Assembly (NCBI GenBank): GCA_044355085.1 | Contig: JBIKYU010000001.1 | Span: 3,177-67,176, forward strand | Source of the DNA: Rickettsiales bacterium | Lineage (GTDB): Bacteria; Pseudomonadota; Alphaproteobacteria; Rickettsiales; JBIKYU01 | DNA: 64,000 bases | Reading direction: 5' to 3' | Part shown: one piece after another, positions 20,181 through 27,997 of the stretch | How the letters are laid out: every line of letters begins with the position of its first letter | Numbering within the stretch: position 1 is the stretch's first letter | Notes under the pieces: generated by a model | The model's database searches: none | Told to the model about the DNA's origin: nothing | What the model saw: only the letters and a program-made list of their open reading frames with translations | Position numbers and translations under genes: made by a program

Positions 20181-20908
20181 CCGCTGTGGATATGAACTAT
20201 TCCGCCACTTAGCGGGCGGAATTTTACTGAAGAAAAACCTGCCGCTTCAATTTTTGTTGCTAATTCTTTTGGCGTTGGAAATTTGCGAATGCTCTCGACT
20301 AAATATTGATAATGATCAGCGTGGCCAGTTAAAATTTTCCCCAGTTTTGGAATTACATTGAATGAATAACCATCGTAGAGCTTTTGAAAAAAGCCAGCTT
20401 CCAGCGGAGAAAATTCTAGAATCATAAATTTTCCACCTGGACGAAGAACCCTGTAAGCCTCAGCAAGAGCAGCTTTGCGGTCGGTGACATTTCTAAAACC
20501 AAAAGCAATTGTGTAGTAATCGAAGAAAGAATCCGCGAAAGGCAGCGCTTCCGCTGGCGTTACAACAATGTGCAAGCCAGAGCTAATGCCTTTATTCCAA
20601 GCACGCTCGCGGCCCACACGCAACATGGCTTCGGAGGGATCACAGGCATAAACATTGGTTGTTGGTGACGCACTTAAAATGCGAAAAGCAATGTCGCAAG
20701 TGCCAGATGACATATCCAGCGCCCTAGTATTCGCGCGCGGAGCTAATTGCGTGAGAAAATTTTGTTTCCACAAACGATGAATACCCGCGCTCATTAAATC
20801 ATTCATGATGTCATAGCGCAGAGAAACATCGTGAAATACTTCTTGTACGCGCTTGGTTTTTTCGGCGGCGCTTACGGTTTGAAAACCAAAATCTGTTTGC
20901 TCGTTCAT
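20168..20908 (-). CDS. ubiE: demethylmenaquinone/ubiquinone C-methyltransferase UbiE
   Basis: FGFQTVSAAEKTKRVQEVFHDVSLRYDIMNDLMSAGIHRLWK and the SAM motif LDMSSGTCDIA. The start was moved to ATG 20908; the track ORF extends to 21160. Confidence 0.9.
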   Translation of the reverse strand: MNEQTDFGFQTVSAAEKTKRVQEVFHDVSLRYDIMNDLMSAGIHRLWKQNFLTQLAPRANTRALDMSSGTCDIAFRILSASPTTNVYACDPSEAMLRVGRERAWNKGISSGLHIVVTPAEALPFADSFFDYYTIAFGFRNVTDRKAALAEAYRVLRPGGKFMILEFSPLEAGFFQKLYDGYSFNVIPKLGKILTGHADHYQYLVESIRKFPTPKELATKIEAAGFSSVKFRPLSGGIVHIHSGWRI

Positions 20909-21082
20909 GGTTTTTCTCTTCAAAAACAAAATTATTCCTTTCCATATTTTTATCTTGTCATGCTTACAAATACGGAACGGCATAGTTGGGCGAGAGCGAT
21001 ACTGTGTTTTTGTAAAAATGCTATCGCCGATTTTTAGTTGTTGTTTGGTTGGATCTATTGTAGCAACTGTTCCTCTTTGAAG

Positions 21083-21595
21083 ATGGGGAAAATTATGGCC
21101 GCTAATGAACCACCAGTTCTGATCAAAAAATATGCCAATCGTCGGCTTTATAACACGCAAACCAGCTGCTATGTCACGCTTGAAGATTTATGCGAAATGG
21201 TTCGTCGCCATGAAGATTTTGAAGTTCGCGATGCAAAAACCAATGATGATCTAACGCAGCTAACTTTGGCGCAGATTATTCTCGAGCAGGAAGGAAAAGG
21301 TTCAGGCCTGTTGCCAATAAATTTTATGCGCGAACTTATTCGCTCCTATGGTAGCGCCATGCCACAGGCACTTCCAGCTTGGCTTGAATCAAGCATGCAG
21401 GCTTTTTTAAAGCATCAGGAAACTATCCAAACACAATGGCAAGACATGGCCAACAAATGGAGCGACTTGTCGCCTTCAAAATTATTTGATGCTCCCGCTG
21501 CACAAAATACGACTCAGAATCCTCTGCAATGGTGGCAAGACGGGCTTTCTTACTGGCAGAATTTGGCCGAGAAGGCGTATAAGCCAAAAGACTAA
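21083..21595 (+). CDS. phaR: polyhydroxyalkanoate synthesis repressor PhaR
   Basis: IKKYANRRLYNTQTSCYVTLEDL and LTQLTLAQIILEQE are PhaR N-terminal signatures. The start could be ATG 21083 or 21095. Confidence 0.85.
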   Translation: MGKIMAANEPPVLIKKYANRRLYNTQTSCYVTLEDLCEMVRRHEDFEVRDAKTNDDLTQLTLAQIILEQEGKGSGLLPINFMRELIRSYGSAMPQALPAWLESSMQAFLKHQETIQTQWQDMANKWSDLSPSKLFDAPAAQNTTQNPLQWWQDGLSYWQNLAEKAYKPKD

Positions 21596-22830
21596 CTGCG
21601 GTAATCAGCGTTGATAGCGATGTATTCATGAGTTAAATCGCAGGTCCAGACTGTAGCCTGTCCATCACCTATGTTTCCAACATTCACTGCAATATTTATT
21701 TCGCAGCCTTTCAGATGATCTGTAACGATTGATTCTTGATAATTGGGATTGGGCTGCCCTTCCCTAAAAATACTGATTCCACCCATAGCGATAGAAAGAT
21801 TTTCAGCAGAAATTGCCTCACCTGCTTTACCAACAGCCATAGCTATACGGCCCCAATTGGCGTCTTCTCCTGCAATTGCGGTTTTCACCAGCGGCGAATT
21901 TGCAATTGAAAGACCTATGCGCCTCGCTGATTCATCGCTTTGCGCGCCCGTTACTTCAATGGTGATAAATTTTGAAATACCTTCGCCGTCTTTTACGACT
22001 TGTTTGGCTAAATCAATGCAGAGCTCTGTTAGCGCTTCAATAAAAATCTCTATGCGCGGATCATTTTCTGCGGCGATTGGCTCATGTTCTGCTTTTCCCG
22101 TGGCGAAGAGCAAAATCGTGTCGCTGGTTGAGGTGTCGCTATCAACCGTGATTGAATGGAAAGACTGATCGACAGCCACTTGTAGGGCATCCTGCAATAT
22201 CGCTGGTGCAATTGCGGCATCAGTGAAAATATAACCAAGCATTGTCGCCATATTAGGCGCAATCATACCTGAGCCTTTTATAATTCCGTTTAACGTAATT
22301 TTGTGGCCATCAAGATTGAATGAGCGCGTCGCCATTTTTGGGAAGGTATCGGTGGTGCTGATTGCGCGCGCGGCCTTTTCCCAAGCTTGATTGGTGAGTT
22401 TGGTTTTTAAATCTGGCAAAGCGTCGGTGATGAGATTTTCCTGCAAAGGCTGGCCAATAATTCCTGTAGCACAATGGAAAACTTCCTCCGCCTGACAGTT
22501 CCACAAAGCCGCGGAGCGCGCCACAATCGACTGCACGGCTTGAGCTCCAGATGCACCGTTGCAAACATTCGCGATTCCTGCATTCACAATTAAAAGCCTG
22601 GCTCTGCCACCACCATTTTTTAGCGCAACTCTTCCCCAATGCACACAAGCACCTGCTGTTTGCGAAGTCGTAAAAACACCAGCAACATGCGTATTTTTTG
22701 CGCATTCAATCAAAAGCAAATCATCGCGATTTTTATAGCGCATTGATGTTGCAGCTGTTGCCATGCGAATTCCAGCAAGGGCTGGTAATTCCTCAATTTT
22801 GGCGGGTGCGAATGGAGATTTTTCTGACAT
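21592..22830 (-). CDS. argJ: bifunctional glutamate N-acetyltransferase / amino-acid acetyltransferase ArgJ
   Basis: 412 aa. The autoprocessing site PNMATMLGYIFTDA is present, and the C-terminus is INADYRS. Confidence 0.93.
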   Translation of the reverse strand: MSEKSPFAPAKIEELPALAGIRMATAATSMRYKNRDDLLLIECAKNTHVAGVFTTSQTAGACVHWGRVALKNGGGRARLLIVNAGIANVCNGASGAQAVQSIVARSAALWNCQAEEVFHCATGIIGQPLQENLITDALPDLKTKLTNQAWEKAARAISTTDTFPKMATRSFNLDGHKITLNGIIKGSGMIAPNMATMLGYIFTDAAIAPAILQDALQVAVDQSFHSITVDSDTSTSDTILLFATGKAEHEPIAAENDPRIEIFIEALTELCIDLAKQVVKDGEGISKFITIEVTGAQSDESARRIGLSIANSPLVKTAIAGEDANWGRIAMAVGKAGEAISAENLSIAMGGISIFREGQPNPNYQESIVTDHLKGCEINIAVNVGNIGDGQATVWTCDLTHEYIAINADYRS

Positions 22831-22833
22831 AAA

Positions 22834-25359
22834 TTATTTTTTCTTAGAAGTTTTAGAGACAGTTGTTTTGCTCGCAGCTTTGGCTTTTGGTGCTTTAGCT
22901 GAAGTTTTAGATTTTGCCGATTTGTCTTTGGTTTTAGTTGGAGCTTTGCTTTTTGCAGCAGGAGCTTTTTTCTGAAAGCGCGAAGGTTTTATCTCGCCAC
23001 CAGCGGCAATTTTTGCTGCAAGTTTTTCTGCTTTTTCCGCAATTAAAACAACCGCGCGATTTAAGCCGATTTCTAACAAATCATCACCTTTTGGAATGGA
23101 AGTAAATCCGCCGTCATGCTGCAAATAAGGGCCAAAGCGACCAATATTTGCGCGAATTTCTTTGCCCGTTTCAGGGTGCATACCAACTAATCTTGGCAGG
23201 GCCAAAAGTGAAAGAGCTTCCGCTAAAGTGACATTTTGTGGAGCTTTGCCGCGCGGCAAGCTGGTGCGCTTAAAACCTGGCTGTTTGGCATCAACGCCAC
23301 GCTGAACATACCAGCCATAAGGGCCTTTGCGTAAGGTGATTTGATTGCCTTCTGCATCAAGTCCAAGCTCGCTTGTTTCAGTCAGCGCTTTTGCAGAAGG
23401 CTCATCACCTGCGCCTGAGTTAGCATCGTTTTTTTCATCAACAGTTACTAATGGCCTGGTGTGTCTGCATTCTGGATAGGCGGAACAGCCAAGGAAAGCG
23501 CCAAATTTGCCCAGACGCAGACCAAGTATTCCACTATTGCAGCTTGGGCATTGACGATTTTGCGAGCCATCGGGATTGGTTGGGAAAATATGCCCAGCCA
23601 TTGCGTTTTCTACAGCAGTAATGATTGCTGTCATTTCTTGCTTTGAGGCTTCTTGCACGGTCTGATGGAATGACACCCAAAATTCGCGCAGGATTTTTTT
23701 CCAAGCAGTTTCGCCGCGCGCGATTGAGTCTAGCGCCTCTTCAAGATTGGCTGTGAAGTCATACTCGACATAAGTGCGGAAGAAATTTTCCAAAAATGCA
23801 GTGACAATACGACCGCGATCTTCAGGGAAAAAGCGGCGCTTATCGATTTTCACATAACCACGATCTTGCAAAACCGAAATAATACTTGAGTAAGTTGAAG
23901 GTCGGCCAATTCCCAGCTCTTCCATTTTTTTGACTAAGCTTGCTTCCGTGTAACGCGGTGGAGGCTCGGTGAAATGCTGATTCGGAACAACTTCTTTCAG
24001 ACCGAGCTTGTCATTTTCTGCCATCGCAGGAAGAAGGCGGTTTTCGTCGTCTTGCTCGGCATCATCAACATCCTCTCGGTAGAGACGATAAAAACCATCA
24101 AAGTGAATGGCTGAGCCAACTGCGCGCGCTTTCGCGGTTTGATCATGTTTTAGGATGGTTGCTGCTAATTGATCAAGAACAGCGGATTCCATTTGGCTTG
24201 CGACCATGCGCTTCCAGATCAGCTCGTAGAGCCGCATTTGGTCGCGATCCAAGGCTGATTCAACATAATCTGGCGAGCGCCTAACATCGGTTGGGCGAAT
24301 CGCTTCGTGCGCTTCTTGTGCATTTTTTGCTTTGGCGGTGAATATGCGCGGAGCTTGCGGCACATAATTATCACCAAATTTTTTGCCGATCATTTGGCGC
24401 GTTTCAGCAATTGCCTCGGCAGAAACTGTCACGCCATCAGTACGCATGTACGTGATAAGACCAACTGTTTCGCCGCCGATTTCAACGCCTTCGTAAAGAC
24501 GCTGCGCAATCTGCATGGTTTTCTTTGTGCTAAAACCAAGCTTGCGTGAGGCTTCCTGCTGCAAGGTTGATGTAGTAAAAGGTGCGGGCGGATTACGGCG
24601 CAATTGCTTGCTTTCAAGCGCAGAGACGTGATATTCGCCCTGACGTAATGCTGAAACTATTTCTTCCGCTTGTTTGGTGTTGGTGATGCTAAATTGCTCA
24701 AGCTTTTCACCATTTATATGCGTGAGCTTGGCGCTGAAAGTTTCTTTCTTCGGCGTGGTGAGGCCTAAAATAATGCTCCAATATTCTTGACTGCGGAAGC
24801 GCTCGATTTCCAATTCCCGCTCACAAACCAAGCGCAAAGCAACCGACTGTACGCGCCCTGCTGAGCGGCTTCCTGGAAGTTTTCTCCATAAAACAGGAGA
24901 TAAATTAAAGCCGACCAAATAATCAAGCGCGCGTCTGGCTTGCTGCGCATTGACGAGATCCATATCGATTGCGCGCGGATGTGCGATTGCATACTGAACA
25001 GCGCGTTTGGTGATTTCGGTGAAAGTGACGCGGTGGATCTCTGGATTTTTACTCAAGGCTTTACGCTCACGCAAAGCCTCTAGCACATGCCAAGATATTG
25101 CCTCGCCCTCGCGGTCAGGGTCAGTTGCTAGATAAACAGCAGATACATTTTTAAGTGCTGCGGCGATGGCATCGACATGTTTTTTTGATTCCGCCTGAAC
25201 TTCATAAACCATGGCGAAATCTTCATCAGGAAGCACGGAACCATTTTTTGATGGCAAATCGCGTATATGTCCGAAAGAGGCCAAAACCTTATAATCCGCG
25301 CCAAGATATTTTTGGATGGTTTTTGATTTCGCTGGTGATTCAACAATAACTAATTTCAT
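22834..25359 (-). CDS. topA: DNA topoisomerase I, with a lysine-rich C-terminal tail
   Basis: MKLVIVESPAKSKTIQKYLG (Toprim), ITYMRTDG active-site region, and a CPSC...CSAYPEC zinc ribbon. The start was moved to ATG 25359. Confidence 0.95.
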   Translation of the reverse strand: MKLVIVESPAKSKTIQKYLGADYKVLASFGHIRDLPSKNGSVLPDEDFAMVYEVQAESKKHVDAIAAALKNVSAVYLATDPDREGEAISWHVLEALRERKALSKNPEIHRVTFTEITKRAVQYAIAHPRAIDMDLVNAQQARRALDYLVGFNLSPVLWRKLPGSRSAGRVQSVALRLVCERELEIERFRSQEYWSIILGLTTPKKETFSAKLTHINGEKLEQFSITNTKQAEEIVSALRQGEYHVSALESKQLRRNPPAPFTTSTLQQEASRKLGFSTKKTMQIAQRLYEGVEIGGETVGLITYMRTDGVTVSAEAIAETRQMIGKKFGDNYVPQAPRIFTAKAKNAQEAHEAIRPTDVRRSPDYVESALDRDQMRLYELIWKRMVASQMESAVLDQLAATILKHDQTAKARAVGSAIHFDGFYRLYREDVDDAEQDDENRLLPAMAENDKLGLKEVVPNQHFTEPPPRYTEASLVKKMEELGIGRPSTYSSIISVLQDRGYVKIDKRRFFPEDRGRIVTAFLENFFRTYVEYDFTANLEEALDSIARGETAWKKILREFWVSFHQTVQEASKQEMTAIITAVENAMAGHIFPTNPDGSQNRQCPSCNSGILGLRLGKFGAFLGCSAYPECRHTRPLVTVDEKNDANSGAGDEPSAKALTETSELGLDAEGNQITLRKGPYGWYVQRGVDAKQPGFKRTSLPRGKAPQNVTLAEALSLLALPRLVGMHPETGKEIRANIGRFGPYLQHDGGFTSIPKGDDLLEIGLNRAVVLIAEKAEKLAAKIAAGGEIKPSRFQKKAPAAKSKAPTKTKDKSAKSKTSAKAPKAKAASKTTVSKTSKKK

Positions 25360-25434
25360 GCAAACAAAGTCTTTCAGAAAATTACGGGAGCTTTCCAACA
25401 AATAATTTTGTCCAAGCAAATTTAGAAAGAGAAC

Positions 25435-25851
25435 TTATTCGCTTCCATCAAATGGCAAGGCATATAGTTCCATACGGTGACCCACTAACCGAAAGCCTAG
25501 GGATTTGGCAATCTTTTCTTGCAGGGCCTCGAGCTCTTCATTGTGAAACTCAATGATTTTTCCGCTTTTGATGTTTATTAAATGATCGTGATGATCATCA
25601 CTTGCCTCTTCATAGCGCGCACGGCCATCACCAAAATCATGTTTCTCGATGATGCCAACTTCTTCAAACATTCGCACAGTGCGGTAAACAGTAGCGATGC
25701 CAATGCGCGAATCTTGCTTTGAAGCGCGGCGATAAATTTCTTCAACATCAGGATGATCATTTGCTGCGGCGATAACTTTAGCAACGATGCGTCGCTGCTC
25801 GGTCATCTTCAGGCCTTTTTCTATGCAGAGCTGCTCTAGGCGAGTCGTCAT
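25435..25851 (-). CDS. Fur family transcriptional regulator (Irr/Mur-like; no CxxC pairs)
   Basis: 138 aa with a winged-helix region (LKMTEQRRIV...IATVYRTVRMFEEVGII) and a HHDHLI metal motif. It has no C-terminal cysteine pairs. Confidence 0.85.
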   Translation of the reverse strand: MTTRLEQLCIEKGLKMTEQRRIVAKVIAAANDHPDVEEIYRRASKQDSRIGIATVYRTVRMFEEVGIIEKHDFGDGRARYEEASDDHHDHLINIKSGKIIEFHNEELEALQEKIAKSLGFRLVGHRMELYALPFDGSE

Positions 25852-26023
25852 CGGCTTTCTCTCTTTAAAGGTATGCGTTACAAAAAATATGAAATGGCAT
25901 AATTTGCGCCAAACGTATAAGCGCGGTTATTTATCTGGCAATCTAAAAAGTCGCGCGTTAGAAAAATTACCCGCAAAAAATAAAATGATGAACAGGCTTT
26001 GCAGAAGAATAATTTGAGGTTTT

Positions 26024-26665
26024 ATGCCAGGGGAAAAAGTTAAATTTATAAGTTTTGAGGGCGGCGAAGGCTGCGGAAAAACCACACAATCGCGCCGTTT
26101 AGTAGCGCATTTTCAGAAACTTGGTTTAGAAGTTTTGCATACGCGCGAACCTGGAGGATCTTCAGGCGCAGAAAATATTCGCAATTTATTGGTGAATAGG
26201 GAGGCTTTTTCATGGCAGCCAGAAACCGAGCTGCTGCTTATGAATGCCGCACGTATTGAGCATGTTAGATGCGTTATTCAGCCCGCACTTGCTCAAGGAA
26301 AATTTGTTGTGTGTGATCGCTTTGTTGATTCAAGCATAGCTTATCAAGGATATGCGCGGGGAATGGGCGAAGATTTTGTCTGGATGCTACATAATCTTTG
26401 CTGTGGAAATATTTTGCCTGACCTTACTTTTTTTCTCGATATAAAGCCTGAAGATGGCTTAAAAAGGGCTTTATCGCGCGCAGGAGCAGCTGCAGGCGAA
26501 ACAAAATTTGAAGCGCTGGGTTTAGAATTTCATCAAGCTGTTTACGCAGGATTTTGCGCGCTGGCTGAAAAATATCCACAAAGAATTGTGCGCATCGCTG
26601 CTGATTGCGCAGAAGATGAGGTGTTTGCGAGTATATTAGAAGTTACCGAGAAAAGATTTTTATGA
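26024..26665 (+). CDS. tmk: thymidylate kinase
   Basis: FISFEGGEGCGKTTQ P-loop, DRFVDSSIAYQG, and a LID region. Confidence 0.92.
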   Translation: MPGEKVKFISFEGGEGCGKTTQSRRLVAHFQKLGLEVLHTREPGGSSGAENIRNLLVNREAFSWQPETELLLMNAARIEHVRCVIQPALAQGKFVVCDRFVDSSIAYQGYARGMGEDFVWMLHNLCCGNILPDLTFFLDIKPEDGLKRALSRAGAAAGETKFEALGLEFHQAVYAGFCALAEKYPQRIVRIAADCAEDEVFASILEVTEKRFL

Positions 26666-26772
26666 TTTTTTTCAAAATACATTTGACGAACCAGCTTTCG
26701 ATCGAGTAGATACCCGCGCAAGTTTTTGCGCGCGCTTCAAGTTTCGCCGCGCTTTTTTTGTCTTAAAGATGT

Positions 26773-26848
26773 GGGGCCATAGCTCAGTTGGTAGAGCATC
26801 TGCTTTGCAAGCAGAGGGTCCGGAGTTCGAGTCTCCGTGGCTCCACCA
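26773..26848 (+). tRNA. tRNA-Ala (anticodon UGC), with encoded CCA
   Basis: Manual cloverleaf: acceptor GGGGCCA/UGGCUCC with the G3:U70 alanine identity pair, D-arm GCUC/GAGC, anticodon loop UUUGCAA, T-arm CGGAG-UUCGAGU-CUCCG, then A73 and CCA. Confidence 0.95.
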
Positions 26849-26879
26849 TTTTTTGTGTTATCTTTATCGCGAGCTGCGC

Positions 26880-27221
26880 ATGTTCGATGTCAGCTTTTCA
26901 GAGTTAGGTTTGGTCGGCGTGGTTGCCGCTTTTGTTCTTGGCCCGAAAGAGTGGCCAGGAGTCTTCCGACTTTTCCGCACAATTCAACGTAAATTAATGG
27001 GCTGGAAACAGGAATGTGTAAGAACTCTGCATGAGTGGGAGCGCGAAACAGGCTTAGCGCAAGAAGCTGAGGAGCTTAAAAAAACCGCCGCTGAAGTAAA
27101 TCAGCAAATGCGCATAATTACTGATGAGAACGGAAAAAAATGGGAAGCTTTTTCGGTGGAAGAAGTACTCGAAGATTGCGCACCAAAATCTATTGCGGCT
27201 GGCAAGGATATAATTCCGTAA
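26880..27221 (+). CDS. tatB: Sec-independent translocase component, TatB-like (TatA/B family)
   Basis: MFDVSFSELGLVGVVAAFVLGPKEWP matches the TatB N-terminal TM plus hinge pattern (MFDxxFxE...GP). An amphipathic, acidic tail follows. The track ORF from 26769 reads through the tRNA and is an artefact. Confidence 0.7.
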   Translation: MFDVSFSELGLVGVVAAFVLGPKEWPGVFRLFRTIQRKLMGWKQECVRTLHEWERETGLAQEAEELKKTAAEVNQQMRIITDENGKKWEAFSVEEVLEDCAPKSIAAGKDIIP

Positions 27222-27555
27222 AAGCGGCTAAAACTGCTTCGGTTGGCTGTTTTTCTTTGGCCGACTGATTTGTATCAATCCAACGGATAAAATCACGCAC
27301 AGCTTTATCAACGCTTAGATTATTTGGCAAACAGCTGCTGTTTACGATTTTCTGCTGCTGCTGAAATAACAACAAGCTGGTGACTCCGAAAAAATATCCC
27401 GTACATTGGCTGCGCTGAGCGGAGTTGCTGACCGTGTTAAAGCTGCGCTCGGTATAGAGCTTGCAAGCTCGGATAAGATTTTCTGTTTGGCTGCTCTCTG
27501 CTGCATTGGCGCTGAAAACAAGGAAAAAACTGATGAAAAAAAATCGGCGCAGCAT
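27190..27555 (-). CDS. small secreted 4-cysteine protein (possible Rap1a/Tai4-like immunity-protein fold)
   Basis: Signal peptide MLRRFFFISFFLVFSANA. The mature part has the pattern C-x(n)-CTGYFFG-x(n)-CLP-x(n)-LYPC. Its 3' end overlaps the convergent tatB by 32 nt. Confidence 0.55.
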   Translation of the reverse strand: MLRRFFFISFFLVFSANAAESSQTENLIRACKLYTERSFNTVSNSAQRSQCTGYFFGVTSLLLFQQQQKIVNSSCLPNNLSVDKAVRDFIRWIDTNQSAKEKQPTEAVLAAFTELYPCQPQ

Positions 27556-27997
27556 AGCTTGTTTCCTGTTTTTTATTGCGGAAAAAATTTGCTTCTAAAA
27601 AAAGAAATAGAGGCAAAATCAGAGATATTCCACCCAAGCGTTAATCCGAAGACTGGATTTGCGAATATTTTCAGTGTCGACGCGAGGAAAGATATTCGCA
27701 AGCATCGCATTGCACTCAACAACTTGAATAGCAGTTGCTGCAGAAAAAGCTTTGGTGGTACTTAGGCGGCGCGTCTGTGTTTTTGAATCCCTTAGAATCT
27801 TTGCTAAATAAAGTCTTGTAAGAACAACCATTAGCGCCAGGAAAAACCAGTTTAGATGGAAGAATAGAAAAATTTAAAAGCCAGCTCTCAAGTTAAGGAT
27901 AAATTTTTAGAACCCTTCTGAACAAATTTATTGGCAATCAGACATTAACTGACTAAAAGCCGCCCGAGACTAGCAAGTTGAATAAGGCAGGTTTAAT

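Noticed and set aside
20909-21160. Upstream extensions of several track ORFs: ubiE to 21160, topA to 25419, lolC/E to 34060, fabG to 36027, grxC to 46421, tadA to 52077, serS from 1783, and the TPR protein from 39064.
   Set aside because: The conserved family N-termini begin at internal ATGs, which often have a Shine-Dalgarno-like sequence or an ATGA coupling. The extensions are not family-like and overlap neighbouring genes or promoters.
21743-22168. Long antisense or off-frame ORFs inside confident genes. Examples are 21743-22168 and 22310-22705 in argJ, 10020-10529 across FKBP/pmbA, 28828-29211 and 29007-29324 in the LRR gene, 29819-30193 in the ANK gene, 52314-52748 in the kinase, 57690-58124 in the RND pump, and 58437-59353 in the adaptor.
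   Set aside because: These are shadow ORFs with low-complexity or biased composition and no recognisable motifs. They are fully contained in well-supported genes on the other strand or frame.
26715-26732. The CGCGCAA-GTTT-TTGCGCG hairpin after tmk, considered as a terminator, and a TTGACG-18 nt-TAGATA promoter-like pair at 26683-26712 upstream of tRNA-Ala.
   Set aside because: The hairpin is not followed by a U-run. The promoter match is weak (poor -10 box and 18-nt spacing). Neither is strong enough to report as a feature.
26769-26879. N-terminal 37 codons of the track ORF 26769-27221.
   Set aside because: This stretch is the tRNA-Ala gene read as protein. The real TatB-like CDS starts at ATG 26880.
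27619-27831. A 70-aa minus-strand ORF (MVVLTRLYLAKILRDSKTQTRRL...) between the 4-Cys gene and the LRR gene, considered as a possible integrase or transposase remnant that would mark a mobile island.
   Set aside because: It has no catalytic motif, no flanking inverted or direct repeats, and no copy of the tRNA 3' end. The similarity is only impressionistic.
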